DNA of 64,000 nucleotides from contig JAWMAR010000963.1 in assembly GCA_036785375.1 (NCBI GenBank), positions 310,001-374,000 on the forward strand, given 5' to 3'. This document shows, one piece after another, positions 49,686-60,983 of the stretch; the stretch's first letter is position 1; the number at the start of each line of letters is the position of its first letter. A program made the translations under genes and the position numbers. The stretch is from Leucoraja ocellata. Taxonomy: Eukaryota. A model generated the notes under the pieces. That model ran no database searches and had not been told where the DNA came from. It saw only the letters and a list, made by a program, of their open reading frames with translations.

Positions 49686-50499
49686 ATATAGTATAAAAGC
49701 AGATTCTATGTGCTAAGCATTAAAAAATTATTATTCAATACAGTGGGTAATCCAACGTAAGCTGATCCCCTTTCTGTTCTCAGAGATGGTTATAAATGGT
49801 TTAAGGCACTGTTTCAGAAATGAATGTTAAGGTGTAAAGAACCATAATTAGAGGATGTATATCTCGGTAATCAAACATTGATGGTTTGAATTTACCACTG
49901 CCTTAAATGTGTCAGTAAAGCCTTTGGCTGTTTGTGGCGAAAGGTTATTTGGTCAAGACTTCAGTCCTGATACAAAGTCTTGTCCTGCATTTTTGGAGTT
50001 AGATATTCATGAAATGATCTTTGAGTCAAACATGCATTGGGCCATCGGGGGCCTCAGATGGCCACTTAGATTTTAGCCTGATTTTGAAGCAACATGCTTA
50101 GTCTCCAAGCTGAAATAAGATATTCGGTCATGTGGAGATTGGGATGGAAAGTGAGGAATATTGCGGAATGGAGTATTAGCGTTGATGGATGAATGATAGT
50201 GGATTTAGATCCTTGAGAGAACTTCTGTCATTCAGGCTAGTTTTCTGAAGGCTCATTCCCCCAGTCTAAGCTCGACAGACCATACATTTATGCTTCTCTG
50301 AGGAAAGCATAGTACATAATGAGTCCCACTGCCAACTTGCCATCTTTCTCTACTCTCCTCCCCGGGTTCCTGATGCTTGGGAATTAGCCGGGGCTGGGCT
50401 GGACAGCTTCCCTCTCAACGACAGGCTTCCGGGCTCCGCAGTGGATGAGTCATAAAATAGGATTCTGACAACGCGTCTTGTTATCTAGATATTCCACAG

Positions 50500-50830
50500 A
50501 TTAGTGTAGGGCTGGCGAGATTGCACCTGCTGAGGACCTGGTGATATTGTAGGTAAACTGCAGTGCCTGGGAGGCTGAATTAATGCGCTCCATCACCAGT
50601 CTCTTGAATGGTCGATGCAAGAGCCAGTAGTCATTAGGGTAGACATATATGTACACTACCTTTTCTCTTTGGCACTGGGACAATAATGGTATACTTAAAC
50701 AGGTGGAGACTCAGAAAGTAGTGAGAAGTAAAAGGTGTCTGTGAATATTCCTGCCAGCTGGTCCACAATGGTTCTGAGGAAGCAGCCAGGGACTCCATCA
50801 GGGCCAGTTCCTTTCTGTGGATTTGCTCTC
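50500..50830 (-). mobile_element. Rex1 RT fragment, decayed
   Basis: GPDGVPG, IIVPVP and KRLVMERIN..LQFTY..RSSAGAISPALH. Confidence 0.8.
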
Positions 50831-52083
50831 AGGCGATCTTACATTTGCCAGTGACCGTTGATACAGGCACACCCAAGGCTGACAGGGCAGTGGGCCTCTG
50901 GTTCAACATGAGACGTGTTTTTTGCTAGCACATCCTTGAGGATGGCCTGATTGATGCCCCTGGCTATTATGGTCAAGACCTCGGGATATGGCGTCTCAAG
51001 GCTATTGGTAACATTGTGCAGTTCCTTGTGAAACTTAGAATCTGCCCGGGATGGGGTGTAGACTGCTGGTTAGATAGCCAAAGTGAATTTCCATGGCAGG
51101 GGTAGTGATAACAGTTCACCATAGGATATTCCAGATCCGGGGAGCAGGATCTTGCCAGGACCACTACGTTCGAGCACCACTAGGAGTTAATTAGGAATTA
51201 GATTTCTCCACCCAAAGTTAATATGAATGTCTGCAGAGGAGCAGCAGTTTGAGCAGAGACCGAGTGTACTGGCTGGAAGAAGGGAATCCCAGGTGCATTT
51301 AGGTGCAGGAACTTTATAAAGCCCACCCAGGGGCAGCCTTGAACAATTAACGCAAAGGTCTGCATGGGAGCTTGATTAACGTGGTAATGTCCTAACATTC
51401 CACATGTATCTCTTTACCGAGATCCACAATATTACTGTCCCGGTAGGCCCATTGTTTCTGCCTGCTCCGTCATGCTGAACTTATCTCTTGGACCTTGACT
51501 CTGAACGTATCACCTCAGACACTGACCATATCCTGTCTAGCCTTGTCCACTCCCATCCTACCGAAACCTTGCATGACTTGACAACTGCTGATTCTCGGGC
51601 TCCCACTGCCAAATCTTCACCATAGTGTTCATCTTAAACACCTCCATCCACCACCAGAAGGTCTTTGAGCTCTCCACCTATTTGCTCAACAAAGATCCAA
51701 CTAGTTCCTTTCCATCAACACTCTCAACCACAAGGTAAAATTTACTCTTACCTTGAATAACTTTTATTTTTACTCCTCGTATCCTACAAATCAAAGATGT
51801 CATCATATTGCACTCACATGGGTCTTAGCTATACATGTCTTTTTGTTGGCTATGTTGATGAGTCCCTATTCCAAACCTTCTCTCTATCTCTGTTACACCA
51901 ACAACTGCATTGGTGCTGCTTCCTGCACTCATGTGGAACTCATGTTATTTTCACATGTTATTTTTTATCACCTTTGCTGTTAACTTCCATCCCACTGTCA
52001 AATTCATTTGGACCATTTCTACCATTGCTCTCCCTATTCTGAATTTCACTGACCACCTCAGGACACAAACTATCCATTGGCAT

Positions 52084-54087
52084 TTCAAGTCAAGTCAAGT
52101 CAAGTCAAGTTTATTTGTCACATACACATATGAGATGTGCAGTGAAATGAAAGTGGCAATGCTCGCGGACTTTTGTGCAAAAGACAAACGACCAAACAAA
52201 CTATAAACACAATCATAACACACATATTCTTTTACATAATAAATAATGGAAGGAAAAACGTTCAGTAGAGTTAGTCCCTGGTGAGATAGGCGTTTACAGT
52301 CCGAATGGCCTCTGGGAAGAAACTCCTTCTCAACCTCTCCGTTCTCACCGCATGGCAACGGAAGTGTTTGCCTGACCATAGCAGCTGGAACAGTCCGTTG
52401 CAGGGGTGGAAGGGGTCTCTCATGATATTGTTGGCTCTGGAGTTGCACCTCCTGATGTATAGTTCCTGCAGGGGGGCAAGTGAAGTTCCCATAGTGCGTT
52501 TGGCCGAACGCACTACTCTCTGCAGAGCCTTCTTGTCCTTGGCAGAGCAATTCCCAAACCAGATGGTAATGTTCCCAGACAAGATGCTTTCCACCGCCGC
52601 TGCGTAGAAGCACTGGAGGATCCTCGGAGACACTCTGAATTTCCTCAATTGCCTCAGGTGGTAAAGGCGCTGCCTTGCCTTACTCACGAGTGCTGAGGCG
52701 TGTGATGCCCATGTCACATCCTCGGAGATGTGGACTCCCAGATATTTAAAACAGTTCACCCTATCCACAGGATCCCCATTTATCCTCAATGGAGTGTACG
52801 TCCTCGGATGATGTGCCCTCCTAAAGTCCATGATCAGCTCCTTCGTTTTTTTGATGTTCAAGAGGAGGCTGTTATCCTGGCACCAGAGTGCTAGACCAGC
52901 CACCTCCTCCCGGTAGGCCTTCTCGTCATTGTTTGAGATCAGGCCCACCACCAAAGTGTCATCAGCAAACTTAATTATTGAGTTGGAGCTGAACCTAGCC
53001 ACACAGTCATGTGTGTACAGGGAGTACAATAGGGGGCTGAGGACGCAACCCTGGGGCGATCCTGTGCTCAGGGTGAGGGACTTTGATGTATTCCCTCCCA
53101 TCTTGACTACCTGGGGCCTGGCGGTGAGAAAGTCCAGGACCCAGGCACACAGGGAGGTGTTGAGCCCCAATTCCATTAGCTTCCCGGCCAGTCTGGTGGG
53201 GACTATCATGTTGAAGGCTGAACTGTAGTCTATGAACAGCATCCTCACGTAGCCCCCCTTCTGGCTGTCCAGATGGGAGAGAGCGGGGTGCAAGACCTGG
53301 GAGACCGCATCGTCCGTGGATCTGTTCGGACGGTATGCGAACTGCAACGGGTCCATGTTCCGAGGGAGGAAGGTGCAGATGTGATTCTTCACCAGCCTCT
53401 CAAAGCATTTCATGACTACCGAGGTAAGGGCCACCGGACGGTAGTCATTCAGACAGGCTGGGGAGGCGTTTTTTGGTACCGGTACAATGATGGATTTTTT
53501 GAAGCAGGCAGGGTCCACGGACTTGTCCAGGGAGAGGTTGAATAACGTAGTGAGCACTGGAGCTAGCTGCGTAGCACAGGACTTGAGTACTCGCCCCGAG
53601 ATGCCATCGGGGCCTGCAGCTTTTCTCGTGTTCACCCGTGTCAGAGCCCTCCTCACGTCGTGCTCGGACAGCGAGAATGTGTGCACATTCCTCCCTTCAG
53701 CTTCGGTAGCCAGCCCGCTGGCGGTATTGTCGATAGTCGGCAGACCTGGAGTGGTGTTGCCCCTCTCAAAACAAGCGTACAAGGAGTTCAGATCATCAGC
53801 TAGGGAGGTGCCGGCATTTGTGGATGAGGGAGGGGTGCTCCGGTAGTTGGTTCCAATCCGTAGCCCCTGCCACAGGCTTCTGGTGTCCTGCTGCTCCATA
53901 TGTAACTCCATCTTGTCTCTGTATCTTCTGTTTGCGTCCTTCACCGCCCTTCGCAGTCGGTAAGACTCTGCCTTGTAGACGTCCATGTTTCCTGATGCCA
54001 GGCCCGAGTTGTAGGCAGTGGTGCGAGCATTCAGGGCCACACAAACAGACCTGTCTACCCAGGGTTTTTGGTTCGGAAAGGTGCTTA
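52084..54087 (-). mobile_element. Young Rex1/Babar LINE, 5'-truncated
   Basis: (CTTGA)n tail at 52084-52110; open RT frame; the 5' end breaks at TFPNQKPW. Confidence 0.97.
52271..54040 (-). CDS. Rex1-type non-LTR reverse transcriptase (589 aa, uninterrupted, lacks endonuclease)
   Basis: KAAGPDG, NDYRPVALTS, LQFAYRPNRST, IDYSSAFN, GSPQGCVLSP, KFADD, FKYLGV. Confidence 0.92.
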   Translation of the reverse strand: MALNARTTAYNSGLASGNMDVYKAESYRLRRAVKDANRRYRDKMELHMEQQDTRSLWQGLRIGTNYRSTPPSSTNAGTSLADDLNSLYACFERGNTTPGLPTIDNTASGLATEAEGRNVHTFSLSEHDVRRALTRVNTRKAAGPDGISGRVLKSCATQLAPVLTTLFNLSLDKSVDPACFKKSIIVPVPKNASPACLNDYRPVALTSVVMKCFERLVKNHICTFLPRNMDPLQFAYRPNRSTDDAVSQVLHPALSHLDSQKGGYVRMLFIDYSSAFNMIVPTRLAGKLMELGLNTSLCAWVLDFLTARPQVVKMGGNTSKSLTLSTGSPQGCVLSPLLYSLYTHDCVARFSSNSIIKFADDTLVVGLISNNDEKAYREEVAGLALWCQDNSLLLNIKKTKELIMDFRRAHHPRTYTPLRINGDPVDRVNCFKYLGVHISEDVTWASHASALVSKARQRLYHLRQLRKFRVSPRILQCFYAAAVESILSGNITIWFGNCSAKDKKALQRVVRSAKRTMGTSLAPLQELYIRRCNSRANNIMRDPFHPCNGLFQLLWSGKHFRCHAVRTERLRRSFFPEAIRTVNAYLTRD

Positions 54088-55449
54088 CCCTTTATTATAT
54101 AACTAACTACCACAGCAACCTTGATTCCAGTTCTCCCCACTCTGTCACTTAAATGATTGCCACTCCTGAGAGAAACTCCTCTGAGGAAGTTTTTACATCT
54201 CCCTCTCATTTGCTTTCAAGATGAGGCCTTCCATTGCAGGATATCTGAAATGTCCTATTTTTTCAGGAAATGGAGCTTTTCCACCATCTTCCTCCCCCTC
54301 AAACTGGCTCCACCTGCCTTTTTATTTTCTTGTTTGCTTCCACCTATCACCCACATGCTTATGTCTCCAAACCCCACCCCTCCCCCACCTGGCTCCATTG
54401 CCCATCATCCTTCACTTTTTCTTGACCCACTTATGCCTCCTGGTCCAGTCTCACATTTCCCCTTTCCTACTTATACTTTCCTCATCCATTCTTAGTCCTG
54501 ATATAAGTTCTTGACCTAAAACATTTTGTCAATCCATTTTCCACCAGATGCAAGTTGACCCTATAGTGTCACTTGCAGTTTTTTTAATCATTATTTATTG
54601 ATTCTATGGTTTTATCTATCATAATGCTACCATTTGTAATATGTATGGTTAATAATGTAAAATGCAATAGGAATATAATCTATTTATTTTGCAGGCAGAA
54701 CCAGCAGCTATTTTGCGCGAATTGAATTTACAGCAGTGAGATAACCAGTCAGCAGTTGAATGTCACCTTTATGCCATTGTTATCCCTTTCACTTTCTGTT
54801 GGTTGCAAAGTACCTTTTATGTATTCCTCAGAGTAGATAAAGTTTACATCTTAAGAGTTTTATTTTGGGATTTTGCCTGCAACTTAAAAATGTACCAACC
54901 CAAAACATTACCTGTCCATTTCCCTCAACAGATGCTGCCTGATGCCCTGAGTTCCACCAGCAAAAGTTGTATTTTTATAAGCTAATACTTAACTTTTACT
55001 GTTCATCTGCTGGTTTGAAGAAGACCAAAACTATACCAGCGGAGATTCTGGGATACTCTATGGATATTTCAACAACATATTAAGACTTATTTTGGACATT
55101 CTCTGAAGATGTTACTTGAAAAGTGGGTATGCTGTCAAACATTCTCTCTTCTCAATAATAACACCTCTTTATACGTGTTATCATTGGAGAAGGGGAATGC
55201 TTGTCCATAATCATCATGTTCCCGTCCTCCTTTGGTAAGCATGAAGAAAAGATGCAACATTTGGGCGAGAGGGTCAGGAGGTTAAATTCGACAACTTTAT
55301 GTCCCCTTGTTCATGAGTACAGGACATCCTTCCTTCATTGAAGTCTTCATGGACTAGCCATCCAGAAAATTCCTTTGTTCATTAGCCAGAGCGTTCCAAA
55401 AATTCAGTAGGAGTATATACATGAAGGCTCTATATGTACCACTCCACTC

Positions 55450-56520
55450 TACTTCTTTAGAGGGCAGTGGTGTACCTCAGGGTACACAACCTTTGTTTTC
55501 CAGACATTAAGTGTTAGGTCAATCCTCTCACATTCTTCAATGCATGAGTTAACAGTAACATGTAGCTCGACCTCTGAACAAGCACACACGTGATCTGCAG
55601 TTGATGACTGTAGTTGGAGTGACATTAGTTCCGGAGTGGAGCAAACAAGGGTGAAATAATTTCCCATTTGTCCTGAAGATTAGCTTCACTCCAGCGTGAA
55701 GGTTATTAGAGATCGAGTGCAACATTGTAGTTTGCACGTTTAAGAATCACGTCAGGATGATTACCTTGCTCAACAGCAAACAGTCCGTTTGAGATCAAGT
55801 CTATTGTGGACACATTACTTATGATCGTGACTTGCATATCATGAAGAAGAAGCCAAAGGGGCATGACCTTTTACTGAGGAGCCAAATTAGAGGAGAATGC
55901 TCCACTATCCCGGTAGTAAAGTGCAAACACATTTGTAAGACATTATCACATTGACTGCTACTCACTGCATTTCCCATATCTTGGGAGCCAACTATCAGAA
56001 GGCAAATATCAAGGGTGACATTTCAACTTAATTTTGAGTGCACTAAGAGACTTTGGTTGTCAGGCAAAAACAGTCTTTGTTGACCAGATCTCAAACCAGT
56101 CAGAAACCTCATAGTCTACTGGCTAGCCATGATCCCACCCCTCCTGAACGTTTCAGAAACATGAACTACCTACAGCAGAACATCAAAGTAACTGAAGGCT
56201 AAGAAGAGTTACCAACCTGCAAAATCCTCCCAAAACATCGATAGGAAAAGCAAGGCAATGACAGCCTTGTTTTCCAGGTCAGCATCCCCAAAATTGAAAT
56301 GTTACATAAATTCAGTCATCTCCATTGGTCAAATCGTGATGTTTACATAACCAAACCCCAACATGAGAATAAATTGGTTCACTTGAAGCGATCATTTTTG
56401 ATTCAACCTCTGAAAACTCTCTGCAATAGTGTTATATCAATAATTTGAATTCATTAACCATGATATTTAATAAACTGACTGGAACATAATTGTATCCCCA
56501 AACCGTGAAACACTCAAAAA
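55450..56520. mobile_element. RTE-clade LINE with an inverted 5' half (55450-55975 minus, 55968-56520 plus)
   Basis: Minus: KC.E.Q, WSILL.FG, GVKLIFRTNGKLF, SEVELHVTVNS, LTLNVWKTKV. Plus: HFPYLGS onward. Confidence 0.72.
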
Positions 56521-56611
56521 ACAGTAAGGTTTAACAGTGTCCATGCAATGTTGTTACATCTTGATCGGAGATTAGCAAGATTGGCAAGAAAACAAAATAA
56601 GTAGCTGTCTT

Positions 56612-56847
56612 AGAGAGGCAATTCGGACTGTAAACGCCTATCTCACCAGGGACTAACTCTACAGAATGTTTTTCCTTCCATTATTTATTATGTAAAAGAA
56701 TATGTGTGTTATGATTGTGCTTATAATTTGTTTGGTTGTTTTGTTGTTTGTCTTTTGCACAAAAGTCCGCGAGCATTGCCACTTTCATTTCACTGCACAT
56801 CTCGTATGTGTATGTGACAAATAAACTTGAAACTTGAAACTTGAAAC
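56612..56847 (+). mobile_element. Rex1 3' tip (same family as 52084-54087)
   Basis: EAIRTVNAYLTRD* followed by a near-identical 3' UTR; (GAAACTT)n tail. Confidence 0.93.
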
Positions 56848-57651
56848 TCTATATTGAAATGCATGTAGCATTCACCCAATACAATGTCATAAAAATGTCG
56901 TCTCAATTTCCCAAATATTAATGTGTCCTTAAGAGTTAATTTACATTGAGTTCCATCAATTTAGAAATAATCCTCTGTAAATAAATCACTGACGGCAACT
57001 GGTGAAAAATAATTTAAATTTAAATGCAGATATTGTCATTTGACTAATGAATTCTTCATGGTTCTTTCACGCCTGTATTTCTCTCCTTTCAGTCTCTTAC
57101 ATGCCCTACTTTGACTGAAAGGTGGTATAAATGGGAAAAAGGATTTTCAAATTCCAGTCATTCCATTTAACCGCAGAGAGATATTGTTGGCGTCACTTAA
57201 ATGCTGGGAAATGTCAAAGCTGATCAGCATTTACTTGACAGGCAGATGGCAGTTTTATACTGGTAGACAGCATTATCAAATTACCACATGGAGTATCATT
57301 TTATTAAGAGGTAAGTATTGGTAATGGTAATAAATGATATGATCTTGGGTAGCTATCCTAGCAATGTGAAAATCTACAAAATATGGGATTTGTGAGATGA
57401 GAACATAGTTGTGATGAATTTAGCACATCCCATAATATTCTTAGTTTGATCTTTTCAACAGCTTCAATAGCGTGACTACCTTTCATCTAAGCTGCAATGT
57501 GCAACACGTCCCAAAATAGACATTCATTTAGCATGTGGATCTAGCACAGAAGTATAACCATGTGTATTTTTCATTAAATTTAATCCTGACTAGATTGGTT
57601 GCAATTTCAGCTAAAATGCAAGGTGGGAGTATTATTGAATTGTCTCCCCAC

Positions 57652-58206
57652 GTCCGGAAATATTACCATCTGGTTTGGGAATTGCTCTGCCCAGGACAAG
57701 AAGGCTCTGCAGAGAGTAGTGCGTTCGGCCGAACGCACTATGGGAACTTTACTCTCCTCTCTGCAGGAACCATACATAAGGAGGTGCAACTCCAGAGCCA
57801 ATAAGATCATGGGAGACCCCTTCCACCCCTGCAACGGATTGTTCCAGCTGCTACGTTCAGGCAAACGCCTCCGTTGCCATGCTGTGAGAACGGAGAAGTT
57901 GAGAAGGAGTTTCTTCCCAGAGGCCATTAGGACTGTAAACTTCAATCTCGCCAGGGACTAACTTTACTGTACCACTCTACTGCTTTTTAAAAAAATTGCT
58001 GGGGTTTTATTTGTTTGTTTTTTTCCCTTTTTCCTTCTGCCCACAATATTTAATATGTAAAATAATATGTGATTCTGTTACATTCTGTTTGTAGTTTGGT
58101 TGGTTGTTTGTTTGTTTGTTTTTTTTGCACAAAGTCTGCGAGCATTGCCACTTTTCATTTCACTGCACATCTCGTATGTGTATGTGACGAATAAACTTGA
58201 CTTGAC
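57652..58206 (+). mobile_element. Rex1 3' fragment (sister subfamily)
   Basis: SGNITIWFGNCSAQDKKALQRVV...FFPEAIRTVN; (CTTGA)n tail. Confidence 0.94.
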
Positions 58207-58624
58207 GTTAAACAAAATCACGCACAGGTGTCCTCCCAAAAGAGGACAGTCGTACTCGTTTTGAGTGACCGCCGATGATGATGAAAAAACAAATCTATCT
58301 CTGAGAAGATCAACTTATTGGCTCTGGAGTTGCACCTCCTGATGTATAGTTCCTGCAGAGGGGCGAGTGAAGGGCATCATTCCTGGGATATGCAAACTTG
58401 GTCGGAATTACGCTCTTGGCTCAAAAATCCCATATCCCAGTTTTGCATTGGTAAAATTGGATCGGAGAAGGGATTTAATGGTGAGTCTGCAGAGGTATGG
58501 AAATGCCCATTCAGATTGGTTGGCACTGGTGATTCCAAGCCACATTCACAGGATCCCCCCTTCCATCATCATCAATAATTATCTTCACCCTCGATTTCGA
58601 TCCTCCTGCCTCCCTGCTTTCATG

Positions 58625-58722
58625 GTCTGAAGAAGGGTCTCGACCCGAAATATCATCCATTCCTTCTATCCAGAGATGCTGCCTGTCTCGCAGAATTAGT
58701 CCAGCATTTTGTGTCTATCTTC
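58625..58722 (+). mobile_element. Penelope terminal unit with hammerhead motif
   Basis: CTGAAGA-A-GGGTCTCGACCC-GAAA at 58627-58650, followed by the terminal sequence. Confidence 0.82.
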
Positions 58723-59169
58723 ATGTTTCTCCATCTTCCTGATCTCCTTGGCAATGCATTTGGCCACCATAATGAGATTTATTTAAAGCAGAATTTTTGT
58801 GGCTGAGGGAGAACCTGCTGCAGCTGCCGTTTGTGAACTCATAAATCAGCCTCTTCTCAAAAGTGCAAGCCACAAAAGAAAACATACATTTTGAAAATGA
58901 GTTGGCAACAGAGTAAAATGCAGCAATTAAATATTCAAACAAACAATAATCATTGACTCAAGTACCAGGTTTGGGAAACAATTCCAACTGCCTCTAACTT
59001 CGTGCATTAGGCAATTTCTCATACATATTTTACTCACATCCCCAGTGACAATTATATTTGAATCATTTCCGAAGCATTCAGGATTTCAATAAAACTCACA
59101 AAACGGCTGGAAATTTAGAGTGAAATAAGAAAATTCCGTGAACCCTCAGTAAGTTTGACGGTGTCATTG

Positions 59170-59510
59170 AGTCATAGCCATAGAGTGATACAGTGTGGAA
59201 ACGGGCCCTTCGGCCCAACTTGCCCACACCAGCCAACATGTCCCAGCAGAACTGGTCTCATCTGCAGCATTTGGTTCATATCCCTCCTATCCATGTACCT
59301 GTCTAACTGCTTCTTAAATGTTGGGATCGTCCTTGCCTCAACTGCCTTCTCTGGCAGCTTGTTCCATTTTTTCCCCTTCCGCTTAAACCTATGTCCTCTG
59401 GTCCTCGATTCATCCACTCTGGGCAAGAGACTGTGCATCTACTCAATCTATTCCTCTCATGATCTTATACACCTCTGTTACACCCCTATAAGATCACCCC
59501 GCATTCTCCT
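59170..59510 (-). mobile_element. CR1 3' end
   Basis: SLLPRVDESRTRGHRFK..WNKLPEKAVEA. Confidence 0.88.
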
Positions 59511-59574
59511 GATCCTGTAAGTACTCCATTTAAAACTATGTTTCTCTTTCCTTTGATGCTGCCTGGTCTGGTGA

Positions 59575-60478
59575 GTGTTGAGAATATAAAGGATAGTAAA
59601 AGATTCTTTAGGTATGTTAAGAGAAAAAGATTAGAAAAGACAAACGTGGGTCCCTTGAAGGCAGAAACAGATGAAATTATTATGGGGAGCAAGAAAACGG
59701 CATGTGTTGAACAGGTACTTTGATTCTGTCTTCACTAAGGAAGACGCAAACAATCACAATGGTGTCAGATTAGAAAAAAGGAAAGTGCAATGTACCAGGG
59801 TGTCCATGTACACCAGTCACTGAAAGTAAACATGCAGGCACAGCAGGCAATGAAGAAAGCTAATGGCATGTTGGCCTTCATAACGAGAGGATTTGAGTAT
59901 AAGAGTAAAGCGACCCTTCTGCAGTTGTACAGGGCCCTGGTGAGACCATATCTGGAGTATAGTGTGCAGTTTTGGTCTCCTAATTTGAGGAAGCACATCC
60001 TTGCTATTGAGTTAGTGCAGCGCAGGTTCACAGGGTTAATCCCCAGGATGGCAGGACAGTGATATGAGGAAAGATTGGAAAGACTAGGCTTGTATTCGCT
60101 GGAATTTAGAAGGATGAGAGGGTATCTTATAAAAACATACAAACTTATAAAAGGACTGGACAAGCTAGATGCAGGAAAAATGTTCCCAATGTTGGGTGAG
60201 TCCAGAATCAGGGGCCACAGTTTGAGAATAAAGGGGAGGCCATTTAAAACTGAGATGAGAAAAACATTTTCCCAGAGAGTTGTGAATTTGTGGAATTCTC
60301 TGCCACAAAAGGCAGTGGAGGCCAATTTACTGGATGAATTCAAAAGAGATTTAGATAGAGCTCTAGGGGCACGGATTACTGATTGTGGATGATCAGCCAT
60401 GATCGAAATGAATGGCGGTGCAGGCTCGAAGGGCCAAAAGGCCTCCTCCTGCACCTATTATCTATGTTTCTGTTTCTA
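59575..60478 (+). mobile_element. CR1 with an internal deletion (59575-59755 + 59790-60478)
   Basis: NIKDSKRFFRYVKRKR..NVGPL followed by VHQSLKV..LVRPYLEYSVQFWSP and the tail tctatgtttct. Confidence 0.9.
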
Positions 60479-60983
60479 ACAGTTACTGGTTTTATTTCAT
60501 TGTCTCAAATCTTCTTCTCAAAACAATTAGTCCCCCAATAAATGCAATCTCAATCCTCTTCTCTCTGTTCATAATCAGTTTTCCATTGCATACTGTCAAG
60601 ATGCAACTGAATATAGTGATACAAGAGGCAGCAGATGCTGGAGTTTTGAGTAGAAATAAGACTAATGGAAGAACTCAGCAGGTCAGGCAGTATCTGCGGA
60701 GATAATGGAAAATGCTGTTTCAGGTCAAGACAAAGAAGGATCCCAGCCCAAAATGTTGACTGTTTATTTCCCTCCATAGATTCTGCCTGACCAGACCACA
60801 TCTGTGGCAGCATCATTGGGTTCCCCTAACAGTTTATGAAACTGCATGCATAGTCAGTCAGTGGTTTAAATGCTCTTTCTATAATGGAATACTTAAATCC
60901 TTGAAATATTATACAATTTATGACTCTTTAATAAAAGCAGGCATATGTGCAAATTCACCAGTTATTATTTGGGTTTAATTTGA

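Larger units (their letters stand above)
51390..54560 (+). mobile_element. Penelope-like RT remnant (51390-52083 + 54090-54560) split by Rex1
   Basis: PRSTI/PKIH-like start, CPGRPIVSAC, LTLNNF and THMGLSYTCLFVGYVDESLFQ; resumes as FLHLPLICFQDEAFHCRISEMSYFFRK. Confidence 0.8.

Noticed and set aside
52305-53846. Plus-strand ORFs opposite the Rex1 RT (and minus-strand ORFs opposite CR1)
   Set aside because: Antisense shadows of retrotransposon coding sequence.
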